From contig JBBQGK010000005.1 of the NCBI GenBank assembly GCA_038322885.1, forward strand, positions 1,508-65,507: a stretch of 64,000 nucleotides of DNA, in the 5' to 3' direction. A program made the position numbers and the translations under genes. This stretch comes from Bacteriovoracales bacterium (GTDB lineage Bacteria > Bdellovibrionota > Bacteriovoracia > Bacteriovoracales > Bacteriovoracaceae). Numbering within the stretch: the first letter of the stretch is position 1; every line of letters starts with the position of its first letter. The notes below the pieces were generated by a model that was not told where the DNA came from, searched no databases, and saw only the letters and a list, made by a program, of their open reading frames with translations. Positions 29,780-39,568 of this stretch are shown in pieces.

Positions 29780-30949
29780 ATGAAAAAGTTTTTGGCACTT
29801 TTTGCACTCACAATGTCGCCGATGGTAATGGCAGAACGCTACGACGGCATCAATATGCCTTCGAACTTCAATGTGATCACGGGTTCCACCATGATCGTGC
29901 AGTTTGATTTCCTTCCCCTACAAGGGCGATTGAATGACAATCGGCTTGGTTGGTCAGAAACTTATTGGCCTGCAAATAAAGGTGGGATTGCTTATCGGTG
30001 GAACAGCCCTAATCCCGAACCATTTAAGTATAAACTTAAATCAAAGCAAGATCTCATGAACATGAATCAAGATGAGATTGCACAACTTTCTCCATCGGAA
30101 CTCTACGACATATCTCAAGGTGATTATAACTACACTATGACTAAGAAAGCGCTGAGCTTGGTGAGTCCGAATGATCTTTGGTGGGAGGGGATTTGTCACG
30201 GATGGTCTCTGGCCGCTTCAAATTATCCTGAGCCTGATCAAGTGATAGTGACAAATCCGGATGGGATTAAAGTTCCCTTTGGATCTTCTGATGTGAAAGG
30301 ACTTCTGGCCATGCATGATGCTTACAACTCTCAGGGGGCCTATGCTCGCGTCGGCGAACGTTGTAACGTTCGTGGTAAAGTTCCTGGTGAGGAAGATCCA
30401 CGTGATGGACAAATCCCACACCCAACAGATGAAGAAATAAATGTACCTTCTTGCCGAGACACAAACCCAGGTGCCTTCCATATTGTTTTGACCAACATGA
30501 TAGGTGTTCACTCAAAGGGATTTGTTGCTGACATAGATCGTTTGAATGATATCTGGAACCAACCGGTTATTTCCTATACTTCAAAAGTCGTGGGTGATGA
30601 GCCCATCTCTGGAGAAGATCATATGCAAGGAATTGAACGGCGAATTCGCGTTCAAACCAGCATGTTCTACGGAGAGGAACTTCAGTTCTGGACTCCAGAG
30701 CGTGCTCAAACCGGGATGACAAACTTCGTTCAGAAAAAACCTGTGACAGGTACTCCGAACCAAGAGATTCGCCATAAAGACTACGAATACATCCTAGAGC
30801 TCGATGGTATTGGACAAATTCTTGGTGGAGAATGGGTTACGGCAACTCGCCCAGACTTTATGTGGGTTAAACGTCGTGATCAGCGCTTTTTAAATTCCCC
30901 CATGCCTTTGGCCGGACTTTCTCGCATCTATAGACCGGTAAGGCGCTAA
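29780..30949 (+). CDS. secreted transglutaminase-elicitor family protein (GP42-type cysteine transglutaminase)
   Basis: WSETYWP, WWEGICHGW (catalytic Cys codon 30194), PGAFH, IWNQPV, YEYILELD...GGEW, PDFMW; signal peptide. Confidence 0.8.
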   Translation: MKKFLALFALTMSPMVMAERYDGINMPSNFNVITGSTMIVQFDFLPLQGRLNDNRLGWSETYWPANKGGIAYRWNSPNPEPFKYKLKSKQDLMNMNQDEIAQLSPSELYDISQGDYNYTMTKKALSLVSPNDLWWEGICHGWSLAASNYPEPDQVIVTNPDGIKVPFGSSDVKGLLAMHDAYNSQGAYARVGERCNVRGKVPGEEDPRDGQIPHPTDEEINVPSCRDTNPGAFHIVLTNMIGVHSKGFVADIDRLNDIWNQPVISYTSKVVGDEPISGEDHMQGIERRIRVQTSMFYGEELQFWTPERAQTGMTNFVQKKPVTGTPNQEIRHKDYEYILELDGIGQILGGEWVTATRPDFMWVKRRDQRFLNSPMPLAGLSRIYRPVRR

Positions 30950-30974
30950 AATTACGAAGCCAAAAAAGTCCGAC

Positions 30975-31002
30975 TAAAGCAGACGGCTTAATCATCCGAT
31001 AC
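30975..31002 (+). promoter_or_regulatory. sigma28 (FliA)-like promoter
   Basis: TAAAG-N15-TCCGATAC just upstream of the 31010 lipoprotein. Confidence 0.55.
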
Positions 31003-31009
31003 GCCCGAC

Positions 31010-31444
31010 ATGGTCATTCCTATGTTCGGGCGTTCTATTTTATTCTCGCTTGTCCTTCTCGTTGCCTGTGGCTCGCCTAAGAGTTCTCATCGTTCATATG
31101 GAAAGTTGAGTGTCGCTGATCTGATTGGGGAAAAAGGACAACCTCTTAAAGAAGAAATCATTCCGGTTAAAGATGGGAGAGTTTTGCATTTCAAAGATGA
31201 CGAACGATTTCAAGTTCAAGGAACGATTGTTACCAACTCTTTTCGCAATCCAAATTCGGATGAGATGACCGTACTCTTCTGGAAAAATAAATTCAAAGAC
31301 TGCGATACAGAAACAATAACTCTCAAACCAGCTGGATCTCAATCTGCCGAGATGGAACTTTCATGCAAAGCCCAGGGCATGTCTGTGGTTTACACTGACG
31401 GTTCGGAATTTATCTCACGAGTGGTGGAATATGCCATTCAATAA
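31010..31444 (+). CDS. lipoprotein, function unknown
   Basis: Lipobox LLVA-C. Confidence 0.75.
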   Translation: MVIPMFGRSILFSLVLLVACGSPKSSHRSYGKLSVADLIGEKGQPLKEEIIPVKDGRVLHFKDDERFQVQGTIVTNSFRNPNSDEMTVLFWKNKFKDCDTETITLKPAGSQSAEMELSCKAQGMSVVYTDGSEFISRVVEYAIQ

Positions 31445-34040
31445 AAAAAATCTCATTCTTCTTACTCTGAACCTTCTCGTTTCATGCTCTCCATCGCCTC
31501 AAGATTCGACTCTGATTTCTCACTGGAAGAAAAAAACACCAAAGATTTCTTTCGAAAGAAAACTCGCGAGCGATTCGAAGCAGAAATGTTTTTCAGATAC
31601 GTACACGGTTGAGACGCTCAAAAAAGAAATTCAACTGATTGAAGAACAGTACGCGGATCTACCTCCTGTGCAAGGTCTTTGGAATGAAATAGATCTTTCA
31701 TTTCTGCCAGTTCCTCAAGCAAACTTTTTAAAAAAATATGGTGACCAAATCGGGGATAGGCGAGAGGGCGGTATTGTGAACTACGGAGACTGCAGAAACG
31801 TTCCGTGTATCATCAATAAAATTTACGGCAAAGAAAATTCACAAAATGGTTATGTTCATTATCTTTGGTATCTAAAACTCGGGCACCTACTCTCGGCAGA
31901 CAACTGGGTTCCGAGCCAGATGTCCAAAGTCGCTGGAGAATATCAAGTAGAGGTCGAGGCCAACCCAGCGACCGGGCAAGAGCGCGTCTTTAAGAAGCAT
32001 ACTCTCGATGAGTACATGTGGTACGATCGTGAACTTTACGGATTCTGGCGCCTCTCCCACATGTTGGAAGTTCCACATACAAATCTTCATTATCTTAAAG
32101 AAATTCAGCGCATTCCTCATAAGGGTTGGATGGAAAATAATATTCCAAGCCACTGTGGGATCGCGAGCCGAGCTGGCTTCATTCACCTGACTGATGGGTG
32201 TACAGTATTTGATAAAAATCAGGATCAAGGATTTTTTTACGCTTCTGCCATTCATGAAATGAGCCATCAAGTTGATTACCAGATGGGGTACGAGCAAAAA
32301 CTGCCCGGATTAATCTTCTCAAATTCTGCCGAGTATCTGACGATCTCAGGATTTGACCGAATCGAGTTCAAAGATGACAAACAAAAAACAAAAATCAGTT
32401 ATCAGGTAAAACCCGGCACAAAAATGGTTCGCTCTTATGCGGGAACTTCTCCTCAGGAAAGTTTCGCTGATAGCATGGGCTACTTCCGCCAAGACGGAGA
32501 TTTCACGAAACCCCGTTTGTCTCCAGAATTTTACCAGTTTCTTGGGGATCGTTTTTATCATCAAAAATCGTTTGACCGGCCATCTCTCTTTAAGCGCTGG
32601 TTAGAGAAATATCAGGTTGCGATGATAGAAAAATCTCTCAAAGCGGCCGTGGATTGTGACAATGTTGTCCCGAGTACAGATAACTCGGGAGATTCTGGGA
32701 TCTTCACTCCGGAAGATTTTGATAATGCGATTCCTGTGGAGAAGTTATCCTGCTTAAGCCGAGCAGCCGACGACGTGATGACGACTATTGAACGCTCGGT
32801 CAGAGAACTTGATCCAGATGGATGTAATGCCTTGTCACCGCCGGATAAAAAAACAATCTGGAACGACCAATTAAAAGCAACTGTAAGAGACAATTTCAAA
32901 AGAGGACTCGCTGGAATCAAAGAAGAATCAGATTATGCGACTCATTTCAAGACGCTTCTCACCCAAATTAATGAACCTAGGGCCCGTGATCTTTACATTG
33001 GCTGTACCCAAGAGTCAGTTCCCCAAAGTTGCTTCACTCAAAAGATGAGTGAGATGATTGAGTTTGAAGGTAAGAAAGAAGGTTTCACAGAACAAAAGCT
33101 GAAAGATCTTAAAGAAATTTTGCTCAACGTTTATACTTTTAGTTATATCCAGGAAGAATCATTAAAATTCTATTACACCCTACTTGACTCAAATAGCGGG
33201 CTTACACAATCCAAAGCTCAGAATCTTTGGCAACAATGCAAGAGTCATGAAGCGGATGATGATAGATCACCTGAGGGCCGTCTTTTCACTCTCAATCACG
33301 GTTACATGATCAGTTCAATGTATAATTGTATTAACTCTACTTTTCCTCAGGTCGTGAACGATATCTTAGGTTCTCTTTCTTTTGATGGGACCCAGGTCAC
33401 AAGTACTGATGAACGATTTATCTTGAAAAAAGAACTCAACATTCGCTTAAACGATGAGCTTAGAAAAATTTTCGAGATCGAGAGTCCCGAGGAAGAAAAA
33501 ATACTAACCTCGATCGATCCGAAGTCCATTAGTCAGAAGATGTTCAGTGATCTTTCGTGGGTGGTGGGGACTCAACTCTACCAGAGCTGTCGAACCCATG
33601 CTCTCTCTCTGATGCCGAATTCCTTATACTTTCACGAGAGACGAGAGTTATTCTCAAAAATCATTGAGGGAGAGATTTGCTTTAAGTTCAGCTCGACCCC
33701 GGAGGTAAAATCCTATCTCAATTCAAACCGCGAAAAATTTCAAGAAGAAGTTAACCATCTTTTGGAGATTTTTATCTTAACTAAAGTTGAACCGCTTGAG
33801 GCCGACTGCCACAAACAATTTCCAAAAGGAAATATCATTCAGGAAGTCACGAGGTCATTAAAGAGAAAAACGTGTATAAAAAATGGCTGGGATACCCTGG
33901 AAGAATCGGCTGTGTACCTTTTGTCCATGAATGATCTCGCGGTGAACCTCGGGATCTCTTATGATGATCTCATGACCCGCGCCAAAAAATTTCGACATCA
34001 GTATCGCCGAGAAGCGGATGAAAATTTCAAAAATCACTAG
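31431..34040 (+). CDS. large Cys-rich lipoprotein with putative gluzincin metallopeptidase domain
   Basis: Lipobox LLVS-C; HEMSH (32253-32267) followed by YAGTSPQESFAD; long helical Cys-rich C-terminal half. Confidence 0.7.
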   Translation: MPFNKKNLILLTLNLLVSCSPSPQDSTLISHWKKKTPKISFERKLASDSKQKCFSDTYTVETLKKEIQLIEEQYADLPPVQGLWNEIDLSFLPVPQANFLKKYGDQIGDRREGGIVNYGDCRNVPCIINKIYGKENSQNGYVHYLWYLKLGHLLSADNWVPSQMSKVAGEYQVEVEANPATGQERVFKKHTLDEYMWYDRELYGFWRLSHMLEVPHTNLHYLKEIQRIPHKGWMENNIPSHCGIASRAGFIHLTDGCTVFDKNQDQGFFYASAIHEMSHQVDYQMGYEQKLPGLIFSNSAEYLTISGFDRIEFKDDKQKTKISYQVKPGTKMVRSYAGTSPQESFADSMGYFRQDGDFTKPRLSPEFYQFLGDRFYHQKSFDRPSLFKRWLEKYQVAMIEKSLKAAVDCDNVVPSTDNSGDSGIFTPEDFDNAIPVEKLSCLSRAADDVMTTIERSVRELDPDGCNALSPPDKKTIWNDQLKATVRDNFKRGLAGIKEESDYATHFKTLLTQINEPRARDLYIGCTQESVPQSCFTQKMSEMIEFEGKKEGFTEQKLKDLKEILLNVYTFSYIQEESLKFYYTLLDSNSGLTQSKAQNLWQQCKSHEADDDRSPEGRLFTLNHGYMISSMYNCINSTFPQVVNDILGSLSFDGTQVTSTDERFILKKELNIRLNDELRKIFEIESPEEEKILTSIDPKSISQKMFSDLSWVVGTQLYQSCRTHALSLMPNSLYFHERRELFSKIIEGEICFKFSSTPEVKSYLNSNREKFQEEVNHLLEIFILTKVEPLEADCHKQFPKGNIIQEVTRSLKRKTCIKNGWDTLEESAVYLLSMNDLAVNLGISYDDLMTRAKKFRHQYRREADENFKNH

Positions 34041-35173
34041 TCTCTCTTATATCCAGATAGGAATTCATTCTTAAATTCAAGAAAGCGATCTTCAAGGATC
34101 GCCTCACGCGCCCTGACCGCCATCGATTTGTAGAAAGCGATGTTGTGGGCCGTGGCTAAGATCTGGCCCAAGATCTCGTTTGAATCAAAGAGATGCTTGA
34201 TGTAGGCGCGAGTGAAATTTGTATTCACATAGTCTTTGAGGTTTGGCTCAATTGGAAAAAAATCTCTACGATAGTTTTTGTGTTCGATACGGATTTTTCC
34301 GCGGTTTGTGAAAAGCGTCCCTCCACGGGCAAACTTCGTTGGGATGATACAGTCACTCATATCGATCCCGTGCTCCCAGATCATTAAAAGATCTTCCGGC
34401 ATACCCACACCCATCACGTAACGAGGTTTATCTTTTGGCATGAGTGGGGCCGTGAATTTCACAACTTTTTCCATATGCTCAGGACCTTCACCAACTGAGA
34501 CTCCGCCTATGGCATACCCTGGAAGATTTCGTTTCGTGACTTCCTCAATACAGACCTCACGGTATTTATCATAGACACCACCCTGGACGATTCCGAAAAG
34601 GGCCTGCTTAGGATTGGTCCACGCATCCACACAGCGGTCAAGCCAGCGGTGAGTTCGGGCGATAGAATTTTTCACGTAGTCTTCAGTCGCAGGATAGGGA
34701 ATACATTCATCAAAGGCCATCATGATGTCTGAGCCAAGATTCTGTTGAACTTGAATCGAAATTTCAGGAGTGAGAAGAACGTTTTCTCCTTTGGCCCCTT
34801 TGAAATTAGCACCTTCCTCCGTGATAGAATTTTTCTGAAGCGAGAAAACCTGAAACCCACCCGAGTCGGTCAAGATCGGACGATCCCAACCCATAAATTT
34901 ATGAAGACCACCAGCCTTCGCGATCAATTCTGATCCGGGAGTGAGGTGCAAATGATAGGTGTTAGACAGCAAGATCTGGATCGACATATCAACGAGCTCT
35001 TTGGGCTGAAGGGCCTTGATCGCGCCGTGAGTACCAACGGGCATGAAAACCGGAGTTTCAATATCGCCGTGAGGAGTGGAGATCACACCGGCGCGGGCGC
35101 CACAATGTTTATCGACATGCTGTAATTTAAATTTGAAATGTTCGTTAACAGACGAGCGTACGTCAGTGCTCAT
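34037..35173 (-). CDS. tgt: tRNA-guanine transglycosylase (queuine/preQ1 tRNA-ribosyltransferase)
   Basis: TPVFMPVGT, NTYHL, TDSGGFQVFSL, IVQGG, YVMGVG, DMSDC, RAYIKHL, HNIAFY; start set at MSTDVR. Confidence 0.93.
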   Translation of the reverse strand: MSTDVRSSVNEHFKFKLQHVDKHCGARAGVISTPHGDIETPVFMPVGTHGAIKALQPKELVDMSIQILLSNTYHLHLTPGSELIAKAGGLHKFMGWDRPILTDSGGFQVFSLQKNSITEEGANFKGAKGENVLLTPEISIQVQQNLGSDIMMAFDECIPYPATEDYVKNSIARTHRWLDRCVDAWTNPKQALFGIVQGGVYDKYREVCIEEVTKRNLPGYAIGGVSVGEGPEHMEKVVKFTAPLMPKDKPRYVMGVGMPEDLLMIWEHGIDMSDCIIPTKFARGGTLFTNRGKIRIEHKNYRRDFFPIEPNLKDYVNTNFTRAYIKHLFDSNEILGQILATAHNIAFYKSMAVRAREAILEDRFLEFKNEFLSGYKRD

Positions 35174-35242
35174 AGGATTCCTTTGGCGTAAGTTGTTTTC
35201 CAGAGAATTTCTTCCCGGCGTTTTTCCAATCAAGGATTTTGT

Positions 35243-35791
35243 ATGCGCGCACCCTATCAGTATTTGATCCCTTTGTTGAGCCTTTTTATAGCGAGGGTAG
35301 ATCTTACAGACATGTTTCCTCTTAGGATTCCGGTTAAAATCATTAAGGTCATGGACGGAGACACGCTGCGAGTGGAGGGTGGGGGGAAGATTTATAAAGT
35401 GAGGCTTTCGAAAATTGATTCTGCTGAAAAAAAGCAGCCCTTCTCGAACGATCCCGACAGTGACGCCGGCATGGTCGCAACCAAGTGCCTTGAGAAAGTG
35501 TTAAATGGGATGAAGGATTTACACTTACTCATTGAAAAGCGCGATATTTACGGAAGAACGTTAGGGGATATAGATGGCTTAAGTTTTAAGCTCGTTCAAA
35601 ATGGTTGCGCCGGTCTTTATCCTCATGCTCAGTTCTCATCCAAAAAAGAAAAGATGCTTTTTATGGCGGCCTACATGAAGGCCAGGCATGACAAGCTGGG
35701 AGTCTGGAAATTTGGGGGATACGAATTGCCTAAAAACTGGCGAAAGAAACACAAGTTTAGTTTTAAAAAACGAATCGCACTCCGGCAGTAA
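35243..35791 (+). CDS. thermonuclease (SNase) family protein
   Basis: VMDGDTL, VRLSKIDSAE, DIYGRTLG, ARHDKLGVW. Confidence 0.88.
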   Translation: MRAPYQYLIPLLSLFIARVDLTDMFPLRIPVKIIKVMDGDTLRVEGGGKIYKVRLSKIDSAEKKQPFSNDPDSDAGMVATKCLEKVLNGMKDLHLLIEKRDIYGRTLGDIDGLSFKLVQNGCAGLYPHAQFSSKKEKMLFMAAYMKARHDKLGVWKFGGYELPKNWRKKHKFSFKKRIALRQ

Positions 35792-36866
35792 CACCCAGTA
35801 GATTATTTCCTAAGCCTTTATCCACTTCAGCAAAGATTCGGGTCCAAGGGAGGTTGACCTGCACACCAGCAAAACCACGAAATGTAAAAGGAGTGACGTT
35901 AGCTGATCCATTGATGTTAGCACTTGGTTGAACTTGAATCGTAGGGTTTCCGGCAGCAGCGCATGCGGCCCCAGAGGAGCAGGCGATGTTTGAAGTATTT
36001 CCGTTCAAGGAACCTTTTGCTTTTGCTTTTCCAAAATTCGCATCCGCTCCAAGACCCGTATAAAGGCTCAAGAGATAAAAAATTTGCACATCTGTTGAGA
36101 TCGCTAGGGGGATTGAGTGAGTCGTGGAATCAATCTGCGCAGAAGGTTTTCCTGTAATAGTTCCTGAAAGGCCATCCTGATTTACCGTTTCACTAATCGT
36201 GCTGGTAAACGTCGTACTAGTTTTATTGTACTCATAACCCCAAGTGAATTTAATCCCACCCCATCCTAGAAATTTTGTTCCGTTTCCCTTGACTGCATCG
36301 TAACGAAAGTGAACGCCCAGAGATTCCATCTTCAAATCTGCTTCAGATTTTTTGTCGGTGCTATTATTGAGAACAGCATTGTAATTGTAGTTCATGAAGT
36401 TCACGTACATGTTGAGGCGATTGGTATCGAGTCCGAAGATCGTTTGTGCATCTAGAAATCCAAGATTAAAACCTATCACGGCACCTGGAGCCACACCTGC
36501 TCCACTGATATCACCGCCTGTGGATTTATCTTTCGTTAAATCAGCGGCCGCACCCATTCCTGCTCCGATCAAAAAAACACTCATGTTGGAAGCGTAATCA
36601 GTTCCGATACCTTTGCCTGCCATCACTGACGAGTTGGCCATGCCTTCCATCAAACGATCCGGAGTCGTGCTCGGAAGACCCTTGTTCACGTCGGATTGAA
36701 CTTGAGCTATTTCATTATCAATCTGGGTTTTTAAAGCAGCATTCCCGGGCAAGCTCGTGTCAAACCCATAATTGGTCACATTAATTTTAAAGATCTGCGC
36801 CGAAGATTCACTCGCAAATAGACCTAGTGAAAGTGCTAAAACAAGCTGCAGAATCTTAAACATCAA
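35763..36866 (-). CDS. outer-membrane beta-barrel protein, resembling the Leptospira Lsa36/LA_2444 family
   Basis: Signal peptide, amphipathic strands, terminal GVRFVF; family resemblance from memory only. Confidence 0.5.
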   Translation of the reverse strand: MMFKILQLVLALSLGLFASESSAQIFKINVTNYGFDTSLPGNAALKTQIDNEIAQVQSDVNKGLPSTTPDRLMEGMANSSVMAGKGIGTDYASNMSVFLIGAGMGAAADLTKDKSTGGDISGAGVAPGAVIGFNLGFLDAQTIFGLDTNRLNMYVNFMNYNYNAVLNNSTDKKSEADLKMESLGVHFRYDAVKGNGTKFLGWGGIKFTWGYEYNKTSTTFTSTISETVNQDGLSGTITGKPSAQIDSTTHSIPLAISTDVQIFYLLSLYTGLGADANFGKAKAKGSLNGNTSNIACSSGAACAAAGNPTIQVQPSANINGSANVTPFTFRGFAGVQVNLPWTRIFAEVDKGLGNNLLGVTAGVRFVF

Positions 36867-37020
36867 ATGACCTTCGTTTGAGAGGGGATTACGTCTTATT
36901 TTAGGGGTTTTCCTGAGGGGGCGGAATTCAGAATTTTTTACCCTATGAGAGACAAAGCCCGTCTGGCATGTTACTTACCTTTAATATTCCAACAGTTTTA
37001 CGAATGATGATGAGGGACCT

Positions 37021-38295
37021 ATGGCCTTTTTAGACGCTGATTTACATCCTGGGCTCGAAGCTTATTTTAAGGAATCCGGGCTCAAGACCGCCACTCTTGT
37101 ACAAAAACGAGTAATCCCCGAGATTTTGAATCGGAAATCAATCATCGTATTGTCTGAAACTGGATCGGGTAAAACCCTGGCCTATGCTCTTCCCATCGTG
37201 AGCCGTATTAAGCAAAAAGAAGATCAGGGGACCAAGAATACTTTGAAGGCAGCTCCCTACGCTTTGATCGTTGCCCCAACACGGGAACTCGCGACTCAGA
37301 TTCATGGAGTTTTTAAGGGGATCTCTCACCACTTGCGATTGCGCGTGAGAAATCTCACTGGTGGAGATACGAATGCGAAAATGAAATCAGTAGCGAATGA
37401 TAACTACGAGATTCTGATCGCGACTCCGTCTCGGATCAAGAGTGCTATCCAGAAAAAAGAATTAAACTTCAATCAGCTTCAGTACGTGATCTTTGACGAA
37501 GCTGATCAGCTCTTTGATATGGGATTTAAGAAAGATCTTGATTTCATGATCGAGCATTTTGATTTCAACATGACTCAGTTCAGTTTTATTACTGCAACTC
37601 TTCCGCAATCAGTTGAGGATTACATTCTAGAGAAATTCATCGATGTGGATTTTACGAAAATTACTTCAGAAACGTCTCATGCTCCCCAATCAAAAATTGA
37701 TACGTACAATGTGCGAGTCACTCCGGAAGAAAAAAACTCTATCGTAAAAATGTTTTTAGAAAAGCAGGCCCAAGGCCGTGGGATTATTTTTACGAACCAA
37801 AAAAACCAGGCCGAAGATCTCTTTAAATATCTTTCTGAGAAAATGCCAAAACTGAAAACAAAACTTCTTCACGGAGACCTTGAGATCAAAGAGAGAGAAG
37901 CGGCGATTCGTCAGTTCGTAGACAAGAAAGCTCAGGTCCTTGTGGCAACTGATATTGCTGCTCGAGGTATAGATATTCAAGACCTCGTTTGGGTTTTGAA
38001 TTACGGTCTTCCGAAGACGGGGATTTATTATCTTCACCGATGCGGCCGTGTGGCACGTGGGGGTAAGAGAGGGATTGTTTATAACCTTGTCGCCCATCAC
38101 GATTCTAAAACAATTAAAGAAATCAACGAAGCGATCGCTAACCAGAAGCACTTAAATCTCGAAGTCATCCCTGAAGAGAAGATGAAGTCTGACAAAAAAG
38201 ACGTGAAGAAAAAAGTGGTTAAAAAAGCTGTCGGCTATCAGCGGCCAGTTAAAGAAGCTCCACCAAAACGTAATCGTGGAATCAGACGTCGATAA
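37021..38295 (+). CDS. DEAD-box RNA helicase
   Basis: ETGSGKT, PTRELA, DEAD, TAT, ARGID, HRCGR. Confidence 0.93.
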   Translation: MAFLDADLHPGLEAYFKESGLKTATLVQKRVIPEILNRKSIIVLSETGSGKTLAYALPIVSRIKQKEDQGTKNTLKAAPYALIVAPTRELATQIHGVFKGISHHLRLRVRNLTGGDTNAKMKSVANDNYEILIATPSRIKSAIQKKELNFNQLQYVIFDEADQLFDMGFKKDLDFMIEHFDFNMTQFSFITATLPQSVEDYILEKFIDVDFTKITSETSHAPQSKIDTYNVRVTPEEKNSIVKMFLEKQAQGRGIIFTNQKNQAEDLFKYLSEKMPKLKTKLLHGDLEIKEREAAIRQFVDKKAQVLVATDIAARGIDIQDLVWVLNYGLPKTGIYYLHRCGRVARGGKRGIVYNLVAHHDSKTIKEINEAIANQKHLNLEVIPEEKMKSDKKDVKKKVVKKAVGYQRPVKEAPPKRNRGIRRR

Positions 38296-39406
38296 ATCTC
38301 AGAACATCATTTCTCATCGCCAATGTGTCTTCATAACCAAGCTCCATCAGGGGCTTGGTATAAGACTCATCAAAGGCAAGATAACTCAATAGATCGAGAC
38401 CTTCAGAATCAGACACTCCGATACCTTTGAGAAGATAGCGAAGGGATCCGGGAAGCTCCTTATTTAATCGTTCGGTCATCTTTCCCAAGTCGCGCGATGG
38501 ACGAATCATAAGAATGGGAATTTCTTTCATTGAAGGATTTTGTCCTGCGGCCACAAGGTTGTTGATCGCTCCGAGACGCTCAACATCGGACTCAAGGGAG
38601 TCAAGAAAGATCGAGTTCAAAAGCACACCGAGAATTTGTCCAAGAGTGGGATTTTCGAACGGAGAAAATGCCATATCCTTCATGCGATTCTGATTGTGTG
38701 GATAACGAACACCGACACAAATAATTTTATCCGAACCGAGATGAATAGCAGGGGATAGTGGAGTGGTCTGACGGATACAACCATCCCCATAAAAACTGTC
38801 TTCGACCTGGATCGGAGGAAAGAAGAAAGGAATCGCTGCTGATGCCATCAAGTGATCGATTGAGAGATGGGCGCGATGAGAGAACCGGTCGGAGCGAAGC
38901 CAGTCGCTGATCTCAAGATCGGCTTCGTAGAAGATGACACTACTTCCGGAGTTATAATTCGTCGTGGACAGAGAGATACCGTGGAGATTTTTTTTCTCTA
39001 CGTTCGTTTTTATATCATCGAATGAGACCTGCTTAGCGAGAAACTTTCGAAGAGGCGAGGTATCGAGAAGGTAGTTGATGTTACTTCCCTTCGAGGTCAT
39101 TCCTCCCAACAAGGAGCTTCCGAGCCACTTGAGCCCCAGTGAAGAAATGGTTCTTGATCGTAAGTCGAACACGTCTTTGGGTGAAATTCCCTCCCAGAGC
39201 TGCATCAAATTAGTTGTCGCCACATCCCAGTTTTCGCAATTGGCCGCGAGGTAGGTTGCATTAATAGCACCTGCAGAATTTCCACTGATCACATCAAACA
39301 GATGTTTAGGTTTTTCTAAAATTTCGTAGAGAGCACGGACGACACCTACTTGATAGGCAGCACGGGCCCCGCCACCTGTCATAACCAGGCCGAGTTTATT
39401 GTTCAT
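38282..39406 (-). CDS. patatin-like phospholipase
   Basis: GGGARAAYQVG, GNSAG nucleophile elbow, DGC motif. Confidence 0.9.
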   Translation of the reverse strand: MNNKLGLVMTGGGARAAYQVGVVRALYEILEKPKHLFDVISGNSAGAINATYLAANCENWDVATTNLMQLWEGISPKDVFDLRSRTISSLGLKWLGSSLLGGMTSKGSNINYLLDTSPLRKFLAKQVSFDDIKTNVEKKNLHGISLSTTNYNSGSSVIFYEADLEISDWLRSDRFSHRAHLSIDHLMASAAIPFFFPPIQVEDSFYGDGCIRQTTPLSPAIHLGSDKIICVGVRYPHNQNRMKDMAFSPFENPTLGQILGVLLNSIFLDSLESDVERLGAINNLVAAGQNPSMKEIPILMIRPSRDLGKMTERLNKELPGSLRYLLKGIGVSDSEGLDLLSYLAFDESYTKPLMELGYEDTLAMRNDVLRFIDV

Positions 39407-39568
39407 ACGAATATTATGCCCCTAAAATTCAAAATTGAGTGTAAAAGAAGAAATCCGACAGTCTCTATCGGTCTCAAGCTTGAGAATAAAATAAATCTAA
39501 ATTAGTACAATAAAACTTAACCCCAGAGCGAGAACGGGTTATCATTAAAAAATTATAGGGGACTAAGT

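Noticed and set aside
36964-36978. sigma54 promoter upstream of the DEAD-box helicase
   Set aside because: TGGCAT-N5-TTAC lacks the invariant -12 GC.
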